From Dehalococcoidia bacterium (GTDB lineage Bacteria > Chloroflexota > Dehalococcoidia > Lucifugimonadales > VXLM01), in NCBI GenBank assembly GCA_963662435.1, contig OY759598.1:1-64000 (forward strand): 64,000 nucleotides of DNA, read 5' to 3'. A program made the position numbers and the translations under genes. The first letter of the stretch is position 1. Every line of letters begins with the position of its first letter. Below the pieces are notes generated by a model that did no database searches, was not told the DNA's origin, and was given only the letters and a program-made list of their open reading frames with translations. This document shows positions 52,001 through 62,356 of the stretch, piece after piece.

Positions 52001-52867
52001 CTGTTCATTCTTGGCTCGTACTTGCACGATATACGGGACTTCCCCGGACAGAGACGCAATGACGTACTCCAAATTCCCGGAAGCCGCACCGGTCCACACG
52101 CCCTCAATCGTGGTCCAGTTCGCCTCTTCAGCCTCATCGACATCCTGCAGAATGTAGCGCAGATCATACGAGGTAACCGGCGAACTCCCCATGTCTTCGG
52201 GAGCCGACCAGGAAGCGGTCAGAGTTCCAAGCCCCGGAGTGAGCGAGTCCAGGGTTGGAGCGCCGGGCCGGCTCTTGTGCCCGTAGACCTTGATGGTCCA
52301 CGACCGGAGTGTCCCCCCTCGGTTCGCATAGTGGTCGGCAAGACGCAGCGTCCACCTGCCGTTGGGGTCTTCACCCAGATGTTTGGCCGAACCAAAGCGA
52401 ATTAGGCCGTCCAACTCAACGTAGTACGTCCTCGTGACCCCTTCTTCAGTCTCAGTGTAATGACGAGTATTAAAGGGAACGGCAATCTTGGACACGAATC
52501 CTGAGGGCGATACCAGTTCGATCTCCAAGTCCCTGAGGGAAGTATGGAAGAAGTCTGCCTTGACCTCTACGAACTCGGTGAATCGGATGTCGGAATTCAC
52601 GGTGAGTTTGGAAGTGACGGTCAATGGTCCGCTGGACCTAGGATTTGGAATCACCGTGGATGACTTGGACGAAATTCCGTAGCTCTCCTGTGGCGGAACT
52701 ACAGTCCATCCCCTCGCCAGATCCACGGCGGCCTGGGCGTCTACTACGCCAAAACCATACTCGTGATTGAAGTGGTAGCGATCATCATCCGATTCTGCCC
52801 CGTAGAGACGCGCTCCGTCCTCCCAGCCGGGGTTGCCAGGCTCGTTCTTCCGAGCCGTGGCGGCTAG

Positions 52868-54061
52868 GGAACCTCTGAACAACCAGCTGTGGAGTTGGGC
52901 TGAGTTGATTGTAGGCGTTTTCGGAGATGTTGAGCCTTTACTTGGAGCTTAGGTGGGGTTATTTCGTCCTGCTTTTGCCTCTGGCGGGACATCTTCGTCC
53001 CTGTCAGCCCTGATTGGGCCCACGTATACAAGGTCACTCACACTGCCAAGTATCGCTCGGCTCTCATCAGGTTGGCGAACCCCAGCAGCAATGCCAGCCG
53101 CTGCGTGTTCTTGGCCAGCCCTCGGTAGCGGACCTTCGTGTAGCCAAAGCGCCTCTTGACGTACAGGAACGGATGCTCCACCTTCGCCCTTACTGATGCC
53201 TTGCGCTTCTCCCTCGCCGCATCATCGCTCCCAACCTTCAGTTTTCGACGCTGACCAGGCCTCATCGCCACCTGCCACTCCACCTCCAAGTCTCGATTCT
53301 CAGGCCTCTTGTCCACCCCCTGATACCCCGCATCACCCCACACTTGTGTCTCCCCACCGTGCAGTAACCGAGGCGTTTCAGTCACGTCATGCACGTTCGC
53401 CGGCGTTGTGGACACGCTATGCACCACTCCCGTCTCAGAGTCCACTCCGATATGCAACTTCATACCGAAGTGCCACTCGTTACCCTTCTTGGTCTGGCGC
53501 ATCTCAGGGTCGCGCTCCTTACTCCGATTCTTCGTCGACGACGGCGCGGCGATGATGCTCGCGTCCACTATAGTCCCCTCCTGTAGACGAAGTCCCTGAG
53601 ACTCCAGATGACGGTTTATCTCCTCCATCAGGCCCGTGCCCAACTCGTGCTTGTCCAACAGATGGCGGAAGTTCAGGATCGTCGTCTCGTCCGGCAACGG
53701 CCCAGATAGCCTCAGACCTACGAAGCGTCTCACCGACTCGACCTCGTAAAGCATGTCTTCTATCCCGGGGTCGCTCAGGTTATAGAACAACTGCACGCAA
53801 TGTATCCGAAGCATCGTCGACAACTCATAGGGGCGCCGACCACGGCCAGCCTTGGGGTAGAACGGTCGGATGCGCTCTTCCAACTCTTCCCAAGGGATCA
53901 GACCGTCCATGCGTTCAAGAAACTTCTCCCTGCGAGTCTTTCGCTTCTTGCCCTCGTATTCCAAGTCGGCGAAGGTTGGCTGGTCCATCGAATCTCTCCT
54001 CGGCTATCGTGATGACCCCCATGATACTATGCCTTAGAACATAGACTTGTTCAGAGGTTCC
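52868..54061 (-). mobile_element. IS5-family insertion sequence (1194 bp)
   Basis: Perfect 15-bp TIRs GGAACCTCTGAACAA / TTGTTCAGAGGTTCC; CTAG target duplication at 52864-52867 and 54062-54065. Confidence 0.95.
53038..53988 (-). CDS. IS5-family transposase
   Basis: TRREKFL, PDETTILNFRHLL, IVDASII, WHFGMKLHIGVD, GDAGY and RAKVEHPF. Confidence 0.96.
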   Translation of the reverse strand: MDQPTFADLEYEGKKRKTRREKFLERMDGLIPWEELEERIRPFYPKAGRGRRPYELSTMLRIHCVQLFYNLSDPGIEDMLYEVESVRRFVGLRLSGPLPDETTILNFRHLLDKHELGTGLMEEINRHLESQGLRLQEGTIVDASIIAAPSSTKNRSKERDPEMRQTKKGNEWHFGMKLHIGVDSETGVVHSVSTTPANVHDVTETPRLLHGGETQVWGDAGYQGVDKRPENRDLEVEWQVAMRPGQRRKLKVGSDDAAREKRKASVRAKVEHPFLYVKRRFGYTKVRYRGLAKNTQRLALLLGFANLMRAERYLAV

Positions 54062-55896
54062 CTAGAATTAGCTTGATGTCTCTCCACGTCAGATTGGGAT
54101 TGGCGCCCCGCATCAATGCCGCGACGCCCGCGACTATGGGCGTCGACGCCGAAGTCCCGCCGAACTCTTCAAAGTAGCGATCGGAATTCTCCGTTGTGAG
54201 AATGCTGCGGTGAACGTTGGGGGCGCCGTTGGATGGTGCGCACACCCAGAGATTCGCGCCCATTTCCGAATAAACGCTCCTGACGTTGTGTTCGTTGACC
54301 GCGCAAACGGCCGTCACGCCATGAAAATTGGCAATCTCGTCGAGGTTTGAGTCGTCGCCGCGTCCCACAGCTTTGACTAAACTCCCTCCGGCAATCGTTC
54401 CGTCCTCATCTAGTTGGTGGTCCCTGCCGCCGTTGCCTCCTGCGAAGACATAGAACACTCCCTTGCCACCTAACCCGTCCTTGATGCCCGTCTCTATTGC
54501 TCGCTCCCAAAGCGCATCGGCGCGTCCCAGCCAGGGTCCATCAACAGGTCCCCAACTATTATTCGATACTGCAGTTGTGTCCCTATTTCGAGTCATGGCA
54601 TCGGCTCTATTGACGGTCGTCGTGTCGACAAGGTAGTTGTACCCGTAGACGTTGGACCTTGGAGCCACGCCGCGCACACCCATCTCGTTGTCCCGAGCCG
54701 CGATGATTCCCGCAACGTGCGTGCCATGATGCTCAAACGGCGTGTATATGTCGTCGTTCCCGCCGTAATCATGATTGCGGGAAGTGTAGACATTGTCCCT
54801 CAGGTCCTCATGGGAGTGGTACATCCCGTCATCCACCACCGCAATGTTGACGCCCCGGCCCTTGATATCATCCGCCCAAACCGATTCAACATTGATGCCC
54901 TGCTCCTGAGAGTCTTGGAAATGCCACTGGCATGAATACAGAGAATCTCTTATCAGTGGATCATTCAATAGTCGCGTATCCGCTTCACACTCGTCGATCA
55001 TGTCGCCGTACCGCACGTCCTCGAACGCGTGGATCGTGTACGGGACGGGATAGCTGGTGACATCGGTCGGTGCGCTGATCTTGACGTAGTAAGTTCCTGG
55101 ACCGAAGTCGTCGCGAATTTCGAAGCCATCCGCTTGGCCGACCCGAGGTTCCGGATTAACATTTATGGAGATCTCTTCACCTTCGCTGTTGAACACTTGG
55201 ACTGTGAGAGGTTCAATGGGCAAACGGCTCCATGTATTCTGTAAGTCTTCGTATTGAAAGAGGATGGGGTTCTTGGCATATACCACTAGATCCGTGGATT
55301 CGGTAAACGCTAACCTAAAGTAGTGACCCTCGTTCCGAGAGCTAATCGTTCCTGGGATTGGAGCATCGAGACTTAGGCGAGTGGCTGTGCCAGTTGTGTT
55401 GCCGATGTCAGTTACGGCCTCCGCGTACAGCGTGTAGTCCCCGACATGCTGTTTCTGGAAGCTGATAACGGCTATATAGTAGATTCCAGGCATGAGGCTT
55501 GCCCGAAGGTGAAAATTGCTCCACCTATTGACGATACGACTATCATCATTAGCCAATAGTCGGTTGCCTCTGCTATCGAACAAGTGCCCGACGGTGTCAA
55601 GCTCGCCAGTGGTGTAAAGCCATACGTCAGTGGTCCCTGACCTGCCGGACAGGTCCAGCCTGAACACATCCTGGTCGTCGGCAGGCTCAATGCGTCCGTC
55701 AATCGAAGACCCAAGAGGCAGTCCGGTAGCGTTGTTTATAGAGTTGCCGTAGTCGTCCCCAGCCTGACCTCCAACCACTCCATAGCTGAAGACAAATAAG
55801 ACGATAACGAATGAAAAGAGGAAGGGAGCCCTCGTCGCCGAGAGCCACGAGGCGAAACGCTTCGAAAACGCTGTGCTCATAGTGGTCGTGATGCGG

Positions 55897-56021
55897 CTAG
55901 CACTCAGTCAACCTGAAAATGATGTGAACTGGCAGATGCCGCTTTATCCCCTCTCCCGTCGTCGGAGAGGGTTAGGGTGAGGGTGAATCGCAATGTCAAA
56001 ATCATGTGGATCCGGTGCTAG
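55897..56021. repeat. MITE-like element copy (CTAGCAC...GTGCTAG)
   Basis: 7-bp perfect inverted termini; homologous to 48895-49058. Confidence 0.65.
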
Positions 56022-56905
56022 CCCTGGAACCAGCCCTCTGACATTGCCGTCGCTATGAGAGCGTCCTTCTCATCTTCCGACCCGGGAGGGAAAGGCGGTC
56101 GAGGTGCCCCGCAATCGACGCCGAATCGGGCTCCGGCAAGCGCCTTGAAGCCCGCCGGGAATGGAATCGTGCGGCTGAGGTTCACGAACTCCGTCGCACG
56201 TATCTGGGCGGCAAGTCTCCCCTCTTCATCTCCCGCTTGGTGGGCATTCCAGATATCCACCCAGAGTTCGGGCACTATGCACAAGGGACCGTCGATGCAC
56301 CCTGCCGCCCCTATCGCCAATGCCGGAGCCATCAGCAGCGAGCTTCCGATAAAGCAGTCGAACCCCATACCGATGAAGGCGCCGACGTTGTGGAACTCCG
56401 ACGAAGAGTGCTTGAGCCCCCTGAGCTGTGGCGCCCGGTCTCGGATCTTCTCCATGAGCTCGGGCTGAATGTCAACTCCTGTGGCATGGGGAAGGTTGTA
56501 GGCAAACAGCGGCAGGTCCGCCGCGCTGCCGACGACTCTGTAGTACTCGACAATCGCGTCGTCATCGACACCGTAGAAGAAGGGAGGAACGGCGCAGATC
56601 GCCTCTACTCCCGCCTTGGCGGCATGTTCGGCCTGGCGAGCTGCCTGTACGGTCGTCGCGGCGCCGACGTGCATGATGTTGTTGGCGCGACCGCCATTCT
56701 GGTCCGCCGAAATTTCCGCGATGCGGTTGTTCTCGGCCTCCGTGAGATATACGCTCTCTCCCGTGCCTCCTGCAATCCAGAATCCGTGCGCTCCCGCGCG
56801 CACGTTTCCTTCATACACCACCCGAAAGGCCTCTTCATTCAGCCCTCCGTCAGCAGTCATCGGTGTGACAATGGCAGGATAAACCCCTTTGAATACAGGC
56901 ATCAT
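56018..56905 (-). CDS. Dihydrodipicolinate synthase / N-acetylneuraminate lyase family aldolase
   Basis: PAIVTP, GGTGES, PPFFY, YNLP and the Schiff-base Lys in GLKHSS. Confidence 0.9.
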   Translation of the reverse strand: MMPVFKGVYPAIVTPMTADGGLNEEAFRVVYEGNVRAGAHGFWIAGGTGESVYLTEAENNRIAEISADQNGGRANNIMHVGAATTVQAARQAEHAAKAGVEAICAVPPFFYGVDDDAIVEYYRVVGSAADLPLFAYNLPHATGVDIQPELMEKIRDRAPQLRGLKHSSSEFHNVGAFIGMGFDCFIGSSLLMAPALAIGAAGCIDGPLCIVPELWVDIWNAHQAGDEEGRLAAQIRATEFVNLSRTIPFPAGFKALAGARFGVDCGAPRPPFPPGSEDEKDALIATAMSEGWFQG

Positions 56906-57101
56906 GTTCTCCGTCTACAGAATCTGGCCGCCATTGTAGCACTAGGTGAACGAGCATCGTGTGGCGTCTGGACGTGATTGGGTGGGTAATGGTACTTTTT
57001 GGTACGTGCCGTATCTGAAGACTCCCAGGTTCTGCCGGCACTAACCGGTAACGCGTTTTGCCGTCACGCGTTATGTTAGAAAGAGGAGGACGTACGCAAA
57101 G

Positions 57102-58319
57102 ATGACGAAGTGGCTCATAGTCGGACTTTTCGCGCTGTTCGCTCCTATGGTAGTCGCGTGTGCAAGTGACGGCGGAGACAGCGAACCCACGGCCACGCCG
57201 AAACCGCAGCCCAGCCGCAGGGGCAATAAGCTGATCGAGGGCACAATCACCTTCAAGGGAGTTGAAAACCGCATCGCCGGCGCGACGATCTACGTTAGCC
57301 TGGAAGATATAAGCATCCAGGTCGACGAGGGAAAGACCCTGGTGGAGCAGGTCATTCGAGACGTGTCAGTCGATCCATCTGACTTGCCGACGTATAGGTA
57401 CCTCATGGAGCACCGGGAGCTGGAGCCCAAGGACACGTTCAGAGTTCGAGTACACCTCGACGCCGACAATTCTGGAGACATCTCCGAGGGTGACTTTGCA
57501 TGGACGTCCCAATACCCCGCCTCCATGGCTGTGGGATCCAGCGTTCTGAATGCCGTGAACGTGACGGTAGAACCTGTAGTCTTAGAACAGACCGAGGACA
57601 CTGAAGCAACGGTCCGCGTGGAAGCCCCCATTACCGACTTCGAACTGACGACGGCTCCGACCAATCCCAACACATACGTCATCAAGCTGACCTCTCTTCA
57701 GCCCGACGCCTGTGCCCGTACCAATGGATATGAAGCCGTCCGTCAGCTCCGCGAGGAAGACAGTATCGACGTGGAGGTCTACAACGTCGTACCGGCTTCA
57801 GCGGATATCGCCTGCGCCGCGGTGATCGATACCACCGATTGGGAGATCGAAATCGGCACCTTCGAGGAACCGGATGCCGTAGTCAACCTCCATATCAACG
57901 ACGACGTCTATCGACTCACATCTGGCAGCCCGCCGAAGCTGGAACCCACAAATGCCGAACCGCCGACTCTCCCAACCATTCGCGGTACGATCGAGTTCGT
58001 TGGAGCCACGGAGCCGATCACCGGCGAACTGCTCTACATCAGGCTTGAGGATTTGAGTAGACCCGACCTGGGCAAGCAGAGGATTACCGAGAGGGCGATA
58101 CCCAGCTTCTCAACGGAACCCTCAGATCCGGCAAGATTCCCGTACATCATCAACTATCAGGAGCCGAGGACATTTGGAGAGTACGCCCTCGAAGTGCACC
58201 TCGATGTCGATGGATCAGGCAAAGTTGACCGGGGCGATTACGTCACCACCGCGACCTACTCCTTCATCGGTCATACCCCTTCTAAGCGGATTAACGTACG
58301 CATGACCGAGGTCGAGTGA
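57102..58319 (+). CDS. Lipoprotein with two YbaY-like domains
   Basis: Lipobox VVAC; duplicated I.GTI.F...Y..LED.S...VHLD.D.SG....GD domain around a central Cys-pair domain. Confidence 0.7.
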   Translation: MTKWLIVGLFALFAPMVVACASDGGDSEPTATPKPQPSRRGNKLIEGTITFKGVENRIAGATIYVSLEDISIQVDEGKTLVEQVIRDVSVDPSDLPTYRYLMEHRELEPKDTFRVRVHLDADNSGDISEGDFAWTSQYPASMAVGSSVLNAVNVTVEPVVLEQTEDTEATVRVEAPITDFELTTAPTNPNTYVIKLTSLQPDACARTNGYEAVRQLREEDSIDVEVYNVVPASADIACAAVIDTTDWEIEIGTFEEPDAVVNLHINDDVYRLTSGSPPKLEPTNAEPPTLPTIRGTIEFVGATEPITGELLYIRLEDLSRPDLGKQRITERAIPSFSTEPSDPARFPYIINYQEPRTFGEYALEVHLDVDGSGKVDRGDYVTTATYSFIGHTPSKRINVRMTEVE

Positions 58320-58429
58320 GCACCGGCTGCCTCGATGAAGTGACCTCCCTCCAGCCATTGGACATCCGCATGGCTTGAACCCCACGACCTCACTGGTTCA
58401 AATGGATTCGGGTACCAATCGGTCATCAC

Positions 58430-58605
58430 CCTGAAAACACCCCACGGCAAACCTGTTGTAGGGGCAACCCTTGTGGTTGACCGTTCCCGGCGCCAACCAA
58501 TCTTCATCCCCTTATGTGGCCTCCGCAAGGCCACCGTCATTCCCGCGAACGCGGGATTCCATGCCCCGTCCATCTCCCGATGGGGCGATTCGCAACTCCC
58601 CCACT
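58430..58605. repeat. REP-like cluster
   Basis: GTAGGGGCAACC, CGTCATTCCCGCGAACGCGGGATTCC and GGGGCGATTCGC units. Confidence 0.6.
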
Positions 58606-58863
58606 TTGACCCCAAAGAACCCATGAACTATGGTAGGTATGCCGGAGAAACGCTTGCTTCTGAACGTGCCTCAATCCGCGATTCCACATGAGACGATTTG
58701 AGAACATGAACAAAAACTTCCTGCCGTGCATTGTCATTCTCAAACAGTCTCACTTACTGCCCTTCCGCAGTTCGCGCATTGAAAAGCAACTTCAGGGCAA
58801 CGTCCTGAAGGGAGAATTAGTGGGAGTCAAATCTAAAACGAGGAAGATTCGAGGGATTTCGTT

Positions 58864-59384
58864 TGCCTTCGCAAACCCTCTCATTCTCAAACCCTCTCAC
58901 CAAGCCTACCGCAGGACCGGATTTCATCTGCATTCGCAAACCCTCTCATTCTCAAACCCTCTCACCAAGCCCGGCGCAGGACCCGAATTTAAGATGCCTT
59001 CGCAAACCGTCTCATTCTCAAATCCTCTCACCAAACCCGGCGCAAGGCCGAATTTGATTTGCATTCGCAAACCCTCTCATTCTCAATCCCTCTCACCAAG
59101 CCTATCGCAGGACCGAATTTTATCTGCATTCGCAAACCCTCTCATTCTCAATCCCTCTCACCAAGCCTATCGCAGGGCCGAATTTATTTTGCCGTCGCAA
59201 TCCCTCTCATTCTCAATCCCTCTCACCAAGCCCATCGCAGGGCCGAATTTATTTTGCCGTCGCAATCCCTCTCATTCTCAAACCCTCTCACCAAGCCTAT
59301 CGCAGGGCCCGATTTCATCTGCATTTGCAAACCGTCTCATTCTCAAATCTTCTCAACACGCCCGGCACAGGACCGGATTCCAAA
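58864..59384. repeat. Tandem array of eight 65-66-bp units
   Basis: Units start at 58864, 58929, 58995, 59060, 59125, 59190, 59255 and 59320; core TGC.TTCGCAAACCCTCTCATTCTCAAACCCTCTCACCAA. Confidence 0.93.
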
Positions 59385-59473
59385 CCCGTCCGGGCGACCC
59401 TCACGTTTGACAGTCCACCTGCCCGCCCGTACACTCCCACGAGCCTAGTAAGCAAAGCCAAGGAGACAGGCAA

Positions 59474-60172
59474 ATGCGGGTATTGATTACGGGTTCCGCC
59501 GGACAGATCGGCCAACACCTCATCACTCACTTGAAGGACCGCTACGAGTTTCGTGGACTCGACGTTCGTCCGACGCCACAGATAGATGACTACACGGTCG
59601 CAAGCGTTACCGACTGGGACGCCGTCAGCCACGCCTCGCAGGGCGTGGACGCGACGGTCCACCTGAGCAACGTGGGCGGAGATTGGGAGCAGGCGTTCCA
59701 ATCGATGGCGGGCACCCGTCACGTCTTCGAGGCAGCTCTGGAGCACGGCGTGAAGCGCGTCGTGTTCGCGAGCCGGGGCGGAGTCCACCCATCCTCCTAC
59801 TACCTACGAAGCATTACCCGCACCGATGCCCTCCCTACCCGACCGGACAGCTACTACACCATCTCAAAGGTGTTCGGCGAGGCAATGGGAGACATGTTCT
59901 CGGCACGGCACGGCATCGGCGTCGTTTCGGTCCGCATTGGGAACTTCAACAAGGACCGCCCGGAATCCGGCCATCCCCACCAGCTGAGCCACGGCGACTG
60001 CGTCCGCCTGTTCGATGCGGCACTCACCGCTGAGGGAATCACCCACGAGCGCGTCTTCGGCGTGTCCGACAGCAACTGGCCCCTCTATGACATCGAGCAC
60101 GGCAGGAAAGCCATCGGCTACCACCCCCAAGACCGCTCCGAGGTCCCACAGGACGTGATCGACCAGGGCTAG
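59474..60172 (+). CDS. NAD-dependent epimerase/dehydratase (uronate dehydrogenase-like)
   Basis: VLITGSAGQIG, RPDSYYTISKVFGE, SVRIG, LSHGD; AAGGAG RBS. Confidence 0.85.
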   Translation: MRVLITGSAGQIGQHLITHLKDRYEFRGLDVRPTPQIDDYTVASVTDWDAVSHASQGVDATVHLSNVGGDWEQAFQSMAGTRHVFEAALEHGVKRVVFASRGGVHPSSYYLRSITRTDALPTRPDSYYTISKVFGEAMGDMFSARHGIGVVSVRIGNFNKDRPESGHPHQLSHGDCVRLFDAALTAEGITHERVFGVSDSNWPLYDIEHGRKAIGYHPQDRSEVPQDVIDQG

Positions 60173-60277
60173 GGTCGCGCCCCAGCTTCAGCGATCTGAT
60201 CAGTGAATGGAGTATGGCCTCCCACACTGTCGGACCGACTTCGAGAGCACCGTTGCTTGACTACACCAAGGTAACGA

Positions 60278-61870
60278 TTGAGGTACACCGTGCCCACTCC
60301 AAGACCCCTCTACATTGGCCGGACGCCCCAGTTGCTCGTCGACAACTACGTGATCGAGTACGTGAACTTCGTCACGCGAGTGATGCACACGCCCACCAAT
60401 CACCCGTCCAACCCGATAGTCAAGACCGACAGGCCGTGGGAGATAACCAGCTACTTCCGCACCAACACATGGAACGTCCACTGGGACGAGCACGAGTCCA
60501 TCTACAAGCTCTGGTACGAGGACATGGGTTGGGACTACGACGAGTTCATGCGGCTGGAACGCTCAGGAGAGGGACGCAAGGAGGACGAGGTCGCCGCCAT
60601 CGCGTCATACGACGCTACGATCGACAACCGCCTTCTATACGCTGAGTCCGAGGACGGCATCCTCTGGACGAAGCCGGAATTGGACTACCGATCAGTCGAC
60701 GGCAGAAGGACGAACATCTGCTTCGGCAATGCGGAGGATGGCCGAATTCACGCCTGCAGCATCCTCAAAGACCCATTCGAGGACGACGACTCCCAGCGCT
60801 ACAAGGCAATCTACTGGAATGCCTTCACAGGGCTTGAGGACTCGCGCATATCGGCTGCATACTCCGCCGACGGACGGAGTTGGAACAGGTACGAAAAGCC
60901 CTTTACCATCGGCCAGATGTCCGACAGGCAGCTAGGAGACGTCATAATCCTGACGGCCGATGAGCAGACCGGAATGTACTACCTGGACACCCGTGCCAGG
61001 GCGATGCAGGAACCCCCGTTGAACCCCAAGCACGCCCGCGTTCCGGGTTGGGGTCCTGCCCACTTCCCTCATGACCCCTGGCGGATGGCAAAGCGTCGGG
61101 TCTTCTCCTCGACGAGCTACGACATCACCAAGTGGCCTGTCCTCAGCGAAATGCTCGTGCCCGACGACACCGATGACGTGCTGGACGACGAGTTCTACGG
61201 GCTGGTCCGCTTCCGAGTCGGCGACCAGTGGCTCGGTCTCATGCCCATCTTCCACAGGACGTACAACACCGTGGACCTGCACCTGCTGCACTCACGAGAC
61301 GGTTTCCACTGGGACCGTGTAGGCCGCGGGACGCCCTTCATCGGTATATCGACCGACGGTTGGGACCGCTACATGGCCGAGACGTGCAGCCAACCCATCT
61401 TCCTGGAAGACGAGATTCGCATCTACTATGCAGGGTCGGATCTGCACCATGACTGGTGGATGTTCGGCGAGCCTGAGGGCCTGGATGTGCCCGAGGCTCG
61501 GCCCGGCTGGAACGGCGGGCAGACTGGACTCGGCTTGGCAACTCTTAGGCCGGAGGGTTTCGTATCTCTTGCAACCGACGCCCGCGAAGGAGTCACTGGC
61601 ACTCACACCTTCATTGGAGACGGAAGCACCCTCATGGTTAATGCCGCCTGTGCCGACGGGGGCTTCCTTGCCGTTGAGCTTACCGACGCGGACGACAACG
61701 TCGTGCCCTGCTACGAAAGGTCCTCCTGCGACGTGTTCACCGGGGACTCTACCGCTCACGAGGTTACATGGCAGGGCCGCTCGGAACTCCCTGGCTGTGT
61801 GACCAAGGGTGGGGCCAAACTCCGATTCTATAGCCGCTACTGCGACCTCTATTCCTTCAGGATCGCCTGA
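60278..61870 (+). CDS. Hypothetical protein, possibly a glycosidase-like beta-propeller
   Basis: HPSNP, YKLWY, Asp-box-like S.DG..W repeats, GLATLRPEGFVS and a C-terminal LYSF. Confidence 0.7.
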   Translation: MRYTVPTPRPLYIGRTPQLLVDNYVIEYVNFVTRVMHTPTNHPSNPIVKTDRPWEITSYFRTNTWNVHWDEHESIYKLWYEDMGWDYDEFMRLERSGEGRKEDEVAAIASYDATIDNRLLYAESEDGILWTKPELDYRSVDGRRTNICFGNAEDGRIHACSILKDPFEDDDSQRYKAIYWNAFTGLEDSRISAAYSADGRSWNRYEKPFTIGQMSDRQLGDVIILTADEQTGMYYLDTRARAMQEPPLNPKHARVPGWGPAHFPHDPWRMAKRRVFSSTSYDITKWPVLSEMLVPDDTDDVLDDEFYGLVRFRVGDQWLGLMPIFHRTYNTVDLHLLHSRDGFHWDRVGRGTPFIGISTDGWDRYMAETCSQPIFLEDEIRIYYAGSDLHHDWWMFGEPEGLDVPEARPGWNGGQTGLGLATLRPEGFVSLATDAREGVTGTHTFIGDGSTLMVNAACADGGFLAVELTDADDNVVPCYERSSCDVFTGDSTAHEVTWQGRSELPGCVTKGGAKLRFYSRYCDLYSFRIA

Positions 61871-61900
61871 AAGCAGGCCGGACTTCGCAAGCGCCTACGA

Positions 61901-62353
61901 CTAAGCGCCCCTTGAGGGCAGCTTCACGAAACCCAGCCAGAAGCCTTCGACGGCCTTTATGACCTGCATGTACCTGTCGAGGTCCACGGGCTTGACGACA
62001 TAGGCGTTGGCGTGAAGGTTGTACGACTCCACTACGTCTCTGTCATCCTCGGAACTCGTCAAGATAACGACCGGAATCCGCCTCAGGTCGGGATCGGACT
62101 TGATCTCCGCGAGTACTTCCCGGCCATTGATGGTCGGAAGATTCAGATCGAGCAGTATGAGGTCGGGACGTTGGGCATTCCCGTAACTTCCTTCTCGACG
62201 GAGAAGCGAAAGTCCCTGTTCGCCGTCCTCGGCGACCGTTAGGTTCTTCCTGATGCTGGCATCGGAGAGGGCCTCGCGCGCGAGTTCGACATCGCCGGGG
62301 TTGTCCTCGACGATCAGGATCTCGATTGGGGGTCCGATCTCGGTAGTTGTCAT
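61901..62353 (-). CDS. Single-domain response regulator (Rcp1-like)
   Basis: [33 protein letters not shown]. Confidence 0.93.
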   Translation of the reverse strand: MTTTEIGPPIEILIVEDNPGDVELAREALSDASIRKNLTVAEDGEQGLSLLRREGSYGNAQRPDLILLDLNLPTINGREVLAEIKSDPDLRRIPVVILTSSEDDRDVVESYNLHANAYVVKPVDLDRYMQVIKAVEGFWLGFVKLPSRGA

Positions 62354-62356
62354 TAC

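Larger units (their letters stand above)
49073..55880 (-). pseudogene. Large secreted S8 (kexin-like) peptidase / P-domain / FN3 / LRR protein, interrupted by IS5
   Basis: The N-part has a signal-like segment and the D (VVDDG), H (HGTHVAG), S (GTSASTP) triad. The C-part has YGFG, a P-domain, 2 FN3 and 2 blocks of plant-type LRRs (L.L..N.LTG.IP.ELG.L). Removing the IS plus one CTAG restores ...WRDIKLILAATARKN..., 1869 aa. Confidence 0.9.

Noticed and set aside
52868..52882. TTG in the IS5 end as a genuine start for the 1269-aa C-terminal half
   Set aside because: No RBS upstream and no signal peptide; likely coincidental.
58864..59384. CRISPR array
   Set aside because: The putative spacers are homologous to each other, the repeat is not palindromic, and no cas genes are in the window.
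58688..59448. ORFs of 240, 129 and 64 aa across the 65-bp array
   Set aside because: The frame rotates through non-triplet units; the frames are open only because the C-rich strand lacks stops.
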